NCBI GenBank assembly: GCA_049318825.1
Contig: JBMOFM010000001.1
Span: 228 to 64,227, forward strand
DNA from: Alphaproteobacteria bacterium
Lineage (GTDB): Bacteria > Pseudomonadota > Alphaproteobacteria > JBMOFM01
Reading direction: 5' to 3'
Length of the DNA stretch: 64,000 nucleotides
Shown: one piece after another, positions 54,847-64,000 of the stretch
How the letters are laid out: the number at the start of each line of letters is the position of its first letter
How positions within the stretch are numbered: position 1 is the first letter of the stretch
Program-made: the position numbers and the translations under genes
Notes under the pieces: model-generated
What the model was told of the DNA's origin: nothing
What the model saw: the letters and a program-made list of their open reading frames with translations, nothing else
The model's database searches: none

Positions 54847-56439
54847 CTAACGGGGATGGGGGCTATTATAACCAGCGATAGTGCCTTTTCTGCTGTTGGG
54901 TTTTTTGAAATGGTCGGTATATTGCTTGTGTAGAGTTTCTGGGGTGAATAAACCCTGTTGATGCACTTGTAACTGTTGAAGACTATTTAAGAATAATTCT
55001 GCCCCTTGGTTGGTTAATCTGGGCAGTAACTCATCGATTTTCAATACTATTTCCCAACGATCGGCGGCTTGTTGTTTTTTTTCCAGATTATTGTTTGGGG
55101 AATATTCTTTTACAAAATAACGCACATATTCCCCCACTGATTGCGGGGGGAAGGAATCTGCTTGGGATTCGAGTTGTCTGACCATATCAGCAAAGCCGCT
55201 TGGAAAATGTAACGGGCGACCATCATTTTCAGCAATTTGCTGCATGATGGTGCTGGTAAAGGGTGGATTTTGGGCTAATTGATGAAATGCTTGTGGGGTT
55301 ACCTTTTCTATGATTTGCCGGATATTTTTTTCGTAATACACAAGGGGGGATAAGGCTTTTTGAGTGTTTCCAGCAAAGAGATTAGCATCGCTTGGTGGGG
55401 GATCAGTTTCTCTGTTTTTCACAGCACTCAAGATGGCGACGCGGTCGATGGCAGGAGGCAGGGTAGAGGAATTTTCTGCAGAAGCGGCAAATAAAAAGCG
55501 AATGGGAGATGGGGGCGGTGGTAATGATGCTGCGAAATCATGGATAATATCAGCCAGCACATGATCGCGCAAATCACGCAAATTGCTTATCATTAATTGC
55601 GGATCAAGGCCAGCGGGCAATTGCTCTAATTCATCCAATAAAGAACGCAAGCTGGGTTTATCTTGTTCTGTAAATTCATAAACGATGCGCATGGTCTGCG
55701 TGAAAATAGTGAGCTGCTGGTGTAAAAGATCAAAATTTTCCTTGGTTTCTTCGGCGTGAAAACCATCCGCCGCCGCTTGGTAAGCGGTGAGAAACTTTTT
55801 TAAATTATATTGGGGATCACGTTCTGGCTTGTTAGGGACAGTGGCTTGATAGACTATGAGGTGGTTGGCTTGGTGATTGCTATCATCGATTTTGGGGAAG
55901 AGGCACCATTTAATAGCGTCCAGCGCGGTGATGGCTTTTTGCTCGGCTGTTTTATAGCTTCTTTCCCCACTGATTTGGGGGTAAGTATGGCCGATACCAT
56001 CACCATCATCACGCACATTAATATCATATAGGGTGGCTCTTTCTTCTGTAAAGCCGTGATAGGAAAGCATGGAAGAAAAATCATGCGCATTACAAATGAC
56101 CAGAATATTCGCCTCATCATTATCGAGCGTTTTTTTAGCCGTTTGGACCGCCGCTACTACCCCCTTACCATTGCCCCATTCGGTTGAATATTGATTCCAA
56201 GAATGGTTATGGTTGATGTTGGCCAATTCATTCTGCGGTATGAGAATATCTGGCGACAGACCCAATATTTGCATGGTGTGGGCGGTTACGTTATTATCAG
56301 GAGCCAGCACGGCATCGAACTGCAAATGTTGTTGTTGGATGATTGATGCCAGAAACGCAGTTTCTTTTTCACCTTTTTTGCTTAATTGATCTTTGAAATC
56401 TTGGCGCTCGCCGTAAGAAATAAAATGAAAGGCTGGCAT
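54847..56439 (-). CDS. Hypothetical protein (orphan, 530 aa)
   Basis: No signal peptide. The N-terminal ~150 aa are faintly histidine-phosphatase-like in layout but lack the RHG motif (SYGER instead). The remainder is unrecognised. Confidence 0.55.
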   Translation of the reverse strand: MPAFHFISYGERQDFKDQLSKKGEKETAFLASIIQQQHLQFDAVLAPDNNVTAHTMQILGLSPDILIPQNELANINHNHSWNQYSTEWGNGKGVVAAVQTAKKTLDNDEANILVICNAHDFSSMLSYHGFTEERATLYDINVRDDGDGIGHTYPQISGERSYKTAEQKAITALDAIKWCLFPKIDDSNHQANHLIVYQATVPNKPERDPQYNLKKFLTAYQAAADGFHAEETKENFDLLHQQLTIFTQTMRIVYEFTEQDKPSLRSLLDELEQLPAGLDPQLMISNLRDLRDHVLADIIHDFAASLPPPPSPIRFLFAASAENSSTLPPAIDRVAILSAVKNRETDPPPSDANLFAGNTQKALSPLVYYEKNIRQIIEKVTPQAFHQLAQNPPFTSTIMQQIAENDGRPLHFPSGFADMVRQLESQADSFPPQSVGEYVRYFVKEYSPNNNLEKKQQAADRWEIVLKIDELLPRLTNQGAELFLNSLQQLQVHQQGLFTPETLHKQYTDHFKKPNSRKGTIAGYNSPHPR

Positions 56440-56609
56440 GGTACTGGTTTCTATAAATAAAGATATGGATTACATTTAACATAAAATAATATTTATTGCT
56501 ACAAAAAATAGATTTCTAAGGCCGTCTGAATGCGGGTATTTATTAGCGTGACAATTGCTGTGATGATGCTACAAGGGTAATTTACATATAAATTAATATC
56601 GAAAAAATC

Positions 56610-59294
56610 ATGTCTGGCGAAAAAATAGTTATTGTGGAATCCCCGGCTAAAGCCAAAACCATTAATAAATATCTGGGGGATGATTATCTGGTGTTGGCTT
56701 CTTTTGGCCATGTGCGGGATTTACCAGCCAAGGATGGTTCGGTGCGCCCTGAGGAAGGCTTTGCCATGAGCTGGGAGCAGGCTGACCGCCAGAAAAAAGC
56801 CATGGATGCTATTTTTAAGGCCGCTAGAAAAGCCACTTCTATCTATCTAGCCACCGACCCTGATCGCGAGGGGGAGGCAATTTCTTGGCATTTAAGTGAA
56901 ATGTTAAAAGAAAAAAAGTTGCTGGATAAAAAAGAATTGGCGCGGGTAACTTTTAACGAAATTACCAAAAAAGCCGTGCTGGAAGCATTTAAGCAAGCAA
57001 GGCAGGTGAATGGCGAATTGGTGGATGCCTATATGGCACGCCGCGCCTTGGATTATTTGGTGGGTTTTACCCTTTCTCCTATTTTATGGCGCAAATTACC
57101 GGGGTCGCGCTCGGCGGGGCGTGTGCAATCGGTAGCGTTGCGCCTTGTTTGTGACCGTGAGGCAGAAATTGAGGCTTTTCGTGCACAAGAATATTGGACC
57201 GTGATCGCCCGCATGGATCATGCTAGCCAGCCCTTTAAGGAGGGGGCATTTGCTGCCCGATTGGTTTCTTTAGATGGTAAAAAATTAGAAAAATTCACTC
57301 TGTCTGATCAAGGGTCGGCGGCGGTAGCCACCAAAAGAGTGGAGGGGGCTGATTTTTCGATTAAATCGGTGGAAAAAAAGCCAGTAAAACGTAACCCTTA
57401 TCCACCTTTTATTACCTCTACCTTGCAGCAGGAAGCTTCCCGCAAATTGGGTTTTTCTGCTAGCCGTACCATGCGGTTGGCACAAACATTATATGAAGGT
57501 ATTCAGCTGAGTGGCGAAACAGTAGGGTTAATTACTTATATGCGTACCGATGGTGTGCAATTAAGTGGTGAAGCCATTACAGCTTGCCGTGAAATGGTGG
57601 CTAAAAATTATGGCGCCCCTTATTTACCGACAGAGCCAAGGGTGTATAAATCGCAGGCTAAAAATGCGCAAGAAGCGCACGAAGCCATTCGCCCTACGGC
57701 CATGAATCGCACACCAGATTCGGTTGCCCCTTATATGGAAAAGGATTTATTGCGTTTATATACCCTTATTTGGCAGCGCACCTTGGCTTGCCAGATGGCC
57801 AGTGCACAATTTGAACAGACCAGTGTGGATATACAATCGGCTTGTGGTTTAATTGGCCTACGGGCTTCGGGGCAGGTATTGCAATTTGATGGATTTTTGC
57901 GCGTGTACCGTGAGGTGCAGGAAGATGAAAAGGATGAAAATGCCGAAGATCGCTTACCAATTTTAAGCGAAAATATGCCCTTGAAGCAACAAAGCGTAAC
58001 CCCTGAACAGCATTTTACCGAACCACCGCCGCGTTTTACCGAAGCCAGTTTGGTAAAAAAATTAGAAGAAATGGGCATTGGGCGCCCCTCTACCTATGCC
58101 AGTATTATTCAAGTATTGCAGGATAGGGAATATGTAAGGCTGGATAAAAAACGCTTTTATCCAGAAGATAGAGGCCGGTTGGTCACTACTTTTTTGGTGA
58201 ATTTTTTTAAGCGTTACGTTGAATATGGTTTTACCGCCGATTTAGAAAAACAGTTGGATGAGGTTTCTGCGGGTGCCCTGAACTGGAAGATATTATTGGA
58301 AAATTTCTGGAAGGCTTTTTCGGCATCGATCAGTGAAGCAAAAGAATTAAGCATTACCGCGGTGATTGATGCGTTGGATGCTGACCTTGCGCCGTATTTA
58401 TACCCCGATGATGGTAGTGGCCGTGATGTGCGGCAGTGCCCTTCTTGTGCTGAAGGCCGTTTAAGCTTGAAATTGGGAAAATTTGGGGCATTTTTGGGGT
58501 GTTCACGCTACCCTGACTGTAAACACACCAAGCCGCTTGCCTTAAAACAGGAAGCGGGAGACGCTGAATTGGTGGCCACCAATGAACCCAAATTATTGGG
58601 TTATGATGCGGCTGGCTTACCGGTAACTGTGCGCCGTGGCCCTTATGGCCCTTATGTGCAATTAGGGCCATTAGAGGCACCCGCGCAGGCCGCTGAAGCG
58701 GCGCCCGCGATTGTGGCGGAGGAAGAAGAAACCGCTGGTAAAAAAGCCAAAAAAGCCCCAAAGAAAGAAAAACCCTTGGTGAAGCGGGCTTCAATCACCA
58801 AACCCTTAGAAGCCGATAGTGTAACCTTGGAGCAGGCCTTATCGCTGCTTACTTTACCACGGCCATTGGGCAGGCACCCTGAAACAGGGGAAGATATTAG
58901 TGCAGGTATTGGCCGTTTTGGCCCCTATTTGAAGCATGGCAGTGCTTATACATCTCTACCCAAGGATGATGATGTATTGACCATCGGCATGAACCGCGCT
59001 GTGGATGTGTTGGCAGAAGCTGCTAAAAAGAAGGCCAATGCCAAAACTTTTGGCGGTGGCGGTTTTGCTAAAAAAGCTGCGCCTAAAAAAGCCAATAATA
59101 TAAACGAACTTGAGGATGCGGATAATATTGCTGACTTACCCACTAAAAAAGTAGCGGCGAAAAAAGCCGTGGCTAAGGCCGTAAAAAAGCCTGCCAGTAA
59201 AACGGTAAAAAAAGCTGCTGTTTCTACTCATTTGCCAGTAAGTGAGGCAAAGATAGAAGAAAAAAGCAAAAAAACCAAGAAAGTGAGTGGTTAA
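56610..59294 (+). CDS. topA: DNA topoisomerase I with Lys/Ala-rich C-terminal tail
   Basis: Toprim start KIVIVESPAKAKTINKYLG. Active-site region ITYMRTDG. A C4 zinc ribbon (CPSC...CSRYPDC). KK-rich tail. Confidence 0.95.
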   Translation: MSGEKIVIVESPAKAKTINKYLGDDYLVLASFGHVRDLPAKDGSVRPEEGFAMSWEQADRQKKAMDAIFKAARKATSIYLATDPDREGEAISWHLSEMLKEKKLLDKKELARVTFNEITKKAVLEAFKQARQVNGELVDAYMARRALDYLVGFTLSPILWRKLPGSRSAGRVQSVALRLVCDREAEIEAFRAQEYWTVIARMDHASQPFKEGAFAARLVSLDGKKLEKFTLSDQGSAAVATKRVEGADFSIKSVEKKPVKRNPYPPFITSTLQQEASRKLGFSASRTMRLAQTLYEGIQLSGETVGLITYMRTDGVQLSGEAITACREMVAKNYGAPYLPTEPRVYKSQAKNAQEAHEAIRPTAMNRTPDSVAPYMEKDLLRLYTLIWQRTLACQMASAQFEQTSVDIQSACGLIGLRASGQVLQFDGFLRVYREVQEDEKDENAEDRLPILSENMPLKQQSVTPEQHFTEPPPRFTEASLVKKLEEMGIGRPSTYASIIQVLQDREYVRLDKKRFYPEDRGRLVTTFLVNFFKRYVEYGFTADLEKQLDEVSAGALNWKILLENFWKAFSASISEAKELSITAVIDALDADLAPYLYPDDGSGRDVRQCPSCAEGRLSLKLGKFGAFLGCSRYPDCKHTKPLALKQEAGDAELVATNEPKLLGYDAAGLPVTVRRGPYGPYVQLGPLEAPAQAAEAAPAIVAEEEETAGKKAKKAPKKEKPLVKRASITKPLEADSVTLEQALSLLTLPRPLGRHPETGEDISAGIGRFGPYLKHGSAYTSLPKDDDVLTIGMNRAVDVLAEAAKKKANAKTFGGGGFAKKAAPKKANNINELEDADNIADLPTKKVAAKKAVAKAVKKPASKTVKKAAVSTHLPVSEAKIEEKSKKTKKVSG

Positions 59295-59404
59295 AAATTC
59301 ATCCCCTAACAATGGCTGCTGACGATTGCCGAAGGGGTGGATGGGGTTGCCAATTATTATTGGGGTTATATATTAAGCATAAAATACAATTATTCATGGT
59401 GTAA

Positions 59405-59608
59405 ATGATGGCAAATATTTCTCTAATTCTGATGTTTTTGGCCATGGGGGCTGTGTTGGCCTCGCTATTTGCTGGTTTGTTTGCCATGGTGCGTGGCGGC
59501 GAATTTAACCGTAAGCATGGTAATAAATTTATGCGGTGGCGGGTGATGGCGCAAGGGGTGGCCTTGTTATTTTTTTTACTGGCACTGTATTTGAAGCCGC
59601 ATGCGTAA
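59405..59608 (+). CDS. Twin transmembrane helix small protein (HIG1 domain)
   Basis: Two TM helices separated by GGEFNRKHGNKFMRWRV, the typical alphaproteobacterial HIG1 pattern. Confidence 0.8.
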   Translation: MMANISLILMFLAMGAVLASLFAGLFAMVRGGEFNRKHGNKFMRWRVMAQGVALLFFLLALYLKPHA

Positions 59609-59624
59609 TTTTATTATGCATTTG

Positions 59625-59644
59625 ACATAAAATATATTTTATGT
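59625..59644. promoter_or_regulatory. Perfect 20-bp AT-rich palindrome overlapping a TTGACA hexamer
   Basis: ACATAAAATATATTTTATGT. TTGACA at 59622-59627. TATAAT at about 59659-59664. It lies 43 nt upstream of the ATG at 59687. Confidence 0.45.
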
Positions 59645-59686
59645 GTAATGTGTGCGCTATAATTTACACAAAGTAGAGTTTGTTGC

Positions 59687-61159
59687 ATGAAAGAAGTACG
59701 GATTACCGAGGCTGGCTTATATGAGTTTACTGGTAATACAAGAGTAGTTGCTGACGCTGATTTTGTTTTAAGCGATAGCGATATAAAGGTGATAGATGGC
59801 AGTTTAGAAATAAATTGTGCTGTTGGCAGTAGCTGTAAATTTGGCTTGGAGCGTACAAAATCCACCACCCAGCAATTTAATAATGTAACCGTGGTTAAGG
59901 ACGGTGAAAAGGCTTGTATTGGTGTGATTCATATTACTGTACGGCAAGATGGTACTAGTGAATATATAAATATTTCTGAAACCCTTAGCAATAGGGCGGG
60001 GGCACCCGTTGCGCCGCGTTCGATTGTTTTTAGAGAGGTTGTGGGGGATTGTAATAATGTTACCACTGATGGTGCGGCGGTGGTTTTGGAAAAATCAGCG
60101 GGTAATTTTAATGGCATTACTACCAATGGTGGGTCGGTGGTGTTAAAAGAACCAGCGGGTAATAGTTTGCTAGTGGTGAGCAGTGGCGGGGATATTAGCC
60201 TATCTGATATTGGTGCCAATTCTTCAGTTAACAGTAAGGGTGCCAAAATAGAGGCGGGCTATGTAGGACATAAGGCTGTGTTGGATGCGGGTAAAGGGCC
60301 GATTACTGTTACCGGCAAGGATGCGGGTGCTTTTTTACTAAGCTCTGGCGGCAAAATAAGGGTGCTGGCGGAAGAAGTACCCCCACAACCTTATGTGGAA
60401 AAGATATTTTTTATTGATAAAGTGCTTCCTAACGAAGAAATTAAAAGAGTAGAAACCGTTCTGGTATTGGGTGATGTTATGGAAGGCGGGAAAGCCTGTT
60501 CTGTAGCAGGCAGGGTGATTGTGTTAGGCACCGCCCGTAAGCGCGCTGTGGTGGAAGGGGAAGATGATGTTATTGTGCTGAACGGAATTGATGCACTAGC
60601 TGAGATTACCTCGAATGAGGGGGATGTGTATGCAGGTGCTGCAACGCCCGCTGCTAATGCTAGAATTAAGGCGGCGGGTAGAGTACATCACGGCGATATT
60701 CCTGCGGATAAGATTCCTCAACGGCCCGCAATGCCAGAGATTAAGATGGATGAATTTCCTTTTGCAGATGGGGATGGTAATGAAACCAATTTTGTAACGG
60801 AAGTGCCTGCTGGAAGAGATAGAGTAGTAAAAATGGGGACAATTATTTTTGAAGGGGATGTGCCAGCAGGCAAGACCATTCAATCGCATGATGGGGCTGT
60901 TTATATTCAAGGAAGATTGGAACCTGGGGCTAAAGTAATGGCTAAGGGAATTGTGGCTGTGCGAGATGGGGCTGAATATGGAGCCTATATAAAATCTGAC
61001 GAAGCAGATATTTATTTAGGTGGTGACAGGGCGGCTGGGGTAAAGCTGATAACCCCAAAGGGACATATGTTTTACGAGCCATTTCCTTCAGAACTTATAC
61101 CACAAGCAGCAGCGTCTAATGTTTCTGTTAAGAAGGCTTCTCCTAAAGTTGGACTGTAA
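59687..61159 (+). CDS. Cytoplasmic beta-solenoid repeat protein (bactofilin/DUF342-like repeat character)
   Basis: Runs of ~19-aa units (GDCNNVTTDGAAVVLEKSA / GNFNGITTNGGSVVLKEPA / GNSLLVVSSGGDISLSDIG ...). The C-terminal half has G.V..G..I patterns. No signal peptide. Confidence 0.6.
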   Translation: MKEVRITEAGLYEFTGNTRVVADADFVLSDSDIKVIDGSLEINCAVGSSCKFGLERTKSTTQQFNNVTVVKDGEKACIGVIHITVRQDGTSEYINISETLSNRAGAPVAPRSIVFREVVGDCNNVTTDGAAVVLEKSAGNFNGITTNGGSVVLKEPAGNSLLVVSSGGDISLSDIGANSSVNSKGAKIEAGYVGHKAVLDAGKGPITVTGKDAGAFLLSSGGKIRVLAEEVPPQPYVEKIFFIDKVLPNEEIKRVETVLVLGDVMEGGKACSVAGRVIVLGTARKRAVVEGEDDVIVLNGIDALAEITSNEGDVYAGAATPAANARIKAAGRVHHGDIPADKIPQRPAMPEIKMDEFPFADGDGNETNFVTEVPAGRDRVVKMGTIIFEGDVPAGKTIQSHDGAVYIQGRLEPGAKVMAKGIVAVRDGAEYGAYIKSDEADIYLGGDRAAGVKLITPKGHMFYEPFPSELIPQAAASNVSVKKASPKVGL

Positions 61160-61163
61160 ATGA

Positions 61164-61796
61164 TTGCATGAAAAGGCATTATTTTTTATGATGCTGCTAA
61201 TGATTTTGGGGGCTATATCTTTAGCTGAGGCTGAACCAGAAGCCTTACGAAAACAACTTGCTGGCTTACAAGTCTTATCATTGGATTATGGGGTGAATAG
61301 GTTAACAGTTGCTGGGGTTGAGGTGTTGATTAATAAAGCCATTATAGAAAATGGCAATGGTTGGAGTAATATTCTTTATAGCATTATGGTGGAAGATAGC
61401 GGCGATGCTGAAGAAGCAAAGCCGCATTTTCAATGGGTGCGTATTGAGGATGGCCAGCAGGATAAAAGCACGATTTCAGCCCTACCGCATACTGGTGAGG
61501 ATTCTATAAAAACTATTTATTTTATGATCCCCAAGATTGATGGTGTGGCGATAAAACGAGATGAGCCGCCCCTCTATTTATTGCAGGTTGAACGGCGTTA
61601 TCATGAAAGCCCTACCAATGCCGCTTTGGCTGATTTTAGTTTATTGGCATTAAAGCGTGATGCTGATAATATGGCCTTATATTTTAGGAAAATACATCAC
61701 GCTGTTTCTGTGGTGCCTTATCATAATGCTGATTGTGCGGCTTGGCTGGAATTGGGGATTTCTATGCCCCAATTTTCTGAAGATTGTGTTCAGTAA
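61164..61796 (+). CDS. Hypothetical secreted protein
   Basis: Signal peptide MHEKALFFMMLLMILGAISLAEA (TTG start). It starts 4 nt after the preceding gene's stop. Confidence 0.55.
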   Translation: MHEKALFFMMLLMILGAISLAEAEPEALRKQLAGLQVLSLDYGVNRLTVAGVEVLINKAIIENGNGWSNILYSIMVEDSGDAEEAKPHFQWVRIEDGQQDKSTISALPHTGEDSIKTIYFMIPKIDGVAIKRDEPPLYLLQVERRYHESPTNAALADFSLLALKRDADNMALYFRKIHHAVSVVPYHNADCAAWLELGISMPQFSEDCVQ

Positions 61797-61823
61797 CTTG
61801 AAGGAAGTACTTGATAACACAGA

Positions 61824-62282
61824 TTATCCACGGCCGCGATAGCTTGGAACGCCTTGATCGGGCAGCCAGATATTTTCTGGTGCTTTACCTGTTTGCCAGA
61901 AAACATCGATAGGGATGCCACCGCGTGGATACCAATAACCGCCAATGCGCAACCAACGAGGGGAGAGCAATTCCACTAGCTTTTTGGCAATTTCGATGGT
62001 GCAATCTTCATGAAATGCACCATGATTTCTGAAAGAGCCAAGATATAATTTTAAGGCTTTGCTTTCCACCAGCCATTGGTTGGGGATATAATCAATCACC
62101 AGATGAGCAAAATCCGGTTGGCCTGTGACTGGGCAAATAGAGGTAAATTCAGGTACAGTAAATCTGGCGACATATTCAACATCTGGATGGGGATTTTTTA
62201 CCCTTTCCAATATGGCTGTTTCTGGAGAATTGGGTAGCGGAGCATTTGCCCCCAATAAGGTTGTCCCTTTGCTGTTTTCCAT
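61824..62282 (-). CDS. queF: NADPH-dependent 7-cyano-7-deazaguanine reductase (type I)
   Basis: [15 protein letters not shown] catalytic Cys block and HEDC block. 152 aa. Confidence 0.92.
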   Translation of the reverse strand: MENSKGTTLLGANAPLPNSPETAILERVKNPHPDVEYVARFTVPEFTSICPVTGQPDFAHLVIDYIPNQWLVESKALKLYLGSFRNHGAFHEDCTIEIAKKLVELLSPRWLRIGGYWYPRGGIPIDVFWQTGKAPENIWLPDQGVPSYRGRG

Positions 62283-62297
62283 GATGGTTACGTTCTC

Positions 62298-62948
62298 TTA
62301 TATAAAATTGGGGTGTTGTTCTGGGCTTGTGTTGGTGAATGCCTTAAGAGTTAAAGCCTGTTTTTCTAATGTTAGCAAGAGGGGAAAATCATCTAAACTT
62401 GTGTGAAAACGTCTGGCATTATAAAGTTGAGGAATAAGAAAAATTTCGGCAATGGTGGGATAGGGAGCAAAGGCAAAACTTTCTCCATCATAGCCACGCT
62501 GTTGTAATATTTGTTCTAGCCCTTCAAAACCTTCCCTGATCCAATGTTGAATCCATTGCTCTATGGCTGTTTCATTGAGTTGATGCTGCGTGCGTAGATA
62601 TTTAAGCACCCGCATATTATTCAGCGGGTGAATATCGCACGCTATAGCCAGAGCAAAAGCCCGAGCGGCGGCTTTTTCAGTGGCTGTTTCTGGGAGAATG
62701 GGCATAAGAGGGTGAGTTTGCTCTAAATATTCAATAATCGCTAGCGATTGGCCGATAATGTTACCCTGATGGTTGAGAGCGGGTACCATTTGTAAGGGAT
62801 TGATGTGTTGGTAATCGGGTTGGTGATGCTCTGCTTTCAGCAGACTGATATGGCTGGTGTTATGGGGGATATTTTTTAATGCCAAGGCAATGCGTACACG
62901 CCAACTGGCTGAAGAACGGAAATAATCATATAATATCGTTTCAGTCAT
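62298..62948 (-). CDS. maiA: Maleylacetoacetate isomerase (zeta-class GST)
   Basis: LYDYFRSSASWRVRIALALK N-terminus. ATG at 62948 preferred. Confidence 0.85.
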   Translation of the reverse strand: MTETILYDYFRSSASWRVRIALALKNIPHNTSHISLLKAEHHQPDYQHINPLQMVPALNHQGNIIGQSLAIIEYLEQTHPLMPILPETATEKAAARAFALAIACDIHPLNNMRVLKYLRTQHQLNETAIEQWIQHWIREGFEGLEQILQQRGYDGESFAFAPYPTIAEIFLIPQLYNARRFHTSLDDFPLLLTLEKQALTLKAFTNTSPEQHPNFI

Positions 62949-62976
62949 TTCGTGTGTCCCCATCATGCTGCGCGCG

Positions 62977-63999
62977 CTAAATAGAAAAGGCGCGGCGGCG
63001 TATATCCACAATATTTTCTGGCAACATTTTAAATGTTTGCAGTAGTTTTCTACTATTGCCCAGTTCTGATTCTATAGCCCAGCCAGCTTCTTGATAAGCG
63101 TCTATATTTTGAGGTAGGTGTAAATAGTTTTTTGCTTGTGTGGTGATTAAACGGTCGATGTAGCCATAATAAGGATTGGATTGTAATGATAGCATGATGC
63201 CGGCTTTATCAGGGCAGATTTCAGGGGGAATGATATTAAGTAAGGGCGTGGCTATGTTGGCTATTCCTAAAGGTGTTACCGTTATTTGTGGTGTGAAAGA
63301 TTGCAATGTTTGTGCTGCCAATTCTTGCCTTTTTATAGCATCATCAAAAAAACCGAGAAAGCCGTTGGTGAAATATTGATCAGCTCGGCTGTTTTCTACA
63401 TTGTTAAGGATATAAGGGGAAATGCCTATGGTGTTTTCGATATATTGTAATAATTGCTGGGCGATCGTTTTTTCTGCTGCTTCTATGAGATAATTAGGGG
63501 TTGTTTGAAGATTAGTGAAAGCTTGCAGGGTAAGTGTTTGACTGATGGCTTCTATAAGCCATGCGCCATGGATCTGATCGTTAAGTTGGGTGAGGTCTTG
63601 AGGAAGATGATGTTGCAATAATATTTTGCTACCTTCATTAATATAAGAAAGAAGCCGAATAAAAGGATGTTCAAAGCTATTAATGGTGATGCTTTTTTCT
63701 TTCTGAGAGACGCTAACGGAAGGGGCATTAGCATCGCAGGAATGCTGGCAGTGAAAGCCAATATCTTCTATTTGCCTATTAAGCCAAACGACTAAGGGCG
63801 AATGGCCAGCCATGCTGGCCATGGGATCGAATAATATGCCTGTTCTTTCTATTTTTCGTGCCTCATAATCTATAAAATTATAGGTTTGCTGCTCTGAGAA
63901 TAGATTGTTGAGGGTTCTTCTGGTTTCAAACGATATAATTGGTGGATTGAATATATCATAAAAATCAGGGAAATCGCGGCGATTACCATTGATAGCCAA
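62977..63999 (-). CDS. Hypothetical protein (orphan); the 5' end may lie beyond the window
   Basis: The ORF is open to the window edge, and the codon at 63997-63999 is TTG. No recognised domain and no signal peptide in the visible part. Confidence 0.45.
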   Translation of the reverse strand: MAINGNRRDFPDFYDIFNPPIISFETRRTLNNLFSEQQTYNFIDYEARKIERTGILFDPMASMAGHSPLVVWLNRQIEDIGFHCQHSCDANAPSVSVSQKEKSITINSFEHPFIRLLSYINEGSKILLQHHLPQDLTQLNDQIHGAWLIEAISQTLTLQAFTNLQTTPNYLIEAAEKTIAQQLLQYIENTIGISPYILNNVENSRADQYFTNGFLGFFDDAIKRQELAAQTLQSFTPQITVTPLGIANIATPLLNIIPPEICPDKAGIMLSLQSNPYYGYIDRLITTQAKNYLHLPQNIDAYQEAGWAIESELGNSRKLLQTFKMLPENIVDIRRRAFSI

Positions 64000-64000
64000 T

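Noticed and set aside
1-64000. Scan for CRISPR arrays, tRNA/rRNA genes, IS elements, integrases, reverse transcriptases and prophage genes
   Set aside because: I saw no regularly spaced repeats, no tRNA-like T-arm or acceptor patterns, and no transposase, integrase or RT motifs. Absence judged by eye is not proof.

Overview
The window looks like a chromosomal segment of a moderately AT-rich alphaproteobacterium. That assignment is an inference from gene content: ccmB, apaG, ygfZ, a MidA/DUF185 methyltransferase, a HIG1-type twin-TM protein, dprA and topA with a Lys-rich tail. I support about 60 protein-coding genes. I found no rRNA, tRNA, CRISPR array, transposase or integrase.

The left ~12.6 kb is accessory. 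It holds a hipBA toxin-antitoxin module abutting a decapitated spermidine-synthase gene, a czcCBA-type heavy-metal RND efflux operon with a small His/Cys-rich exported protein, and a YgiD-type dioxygenase. It also holds a truncated AhpD/CMD-family gene next to a RES-Xre toxin-antitoxin pair, and an orphan secreted protein.

The rest is housekeeping: gpt, recO, metC, truA, phrB, murI, prs, pgeF, folE, apaG, lepA, ccmB, ygfZ, pyrC, nadE, dprA, topA, queF and maiA. These are interspersed with orphan genes.

The candidates for something undescribed, in my order of interest:
1. A receiver (Arg-rich tail) - Hpt - D1-only Clp-like AAA+ trio (19616-21710).
2. An 81-aa protein made of six DnaJ-type CXXCXGXG repeats, translationally coupled to a small secreted protein (28424-29017).
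3. A cytoplasmic beta-solenoid protein plus a secreted partner, behind a perfect 20-bp palindrome (59622-61796).
4. An orphan PilT/VirB11-like ATPase (46492-47499).
5. A promoter-to-terminator unit that could be an sRNA or attenuator (25184-25305).

All functional calls rest on motif recognition by eye. No database search was run.
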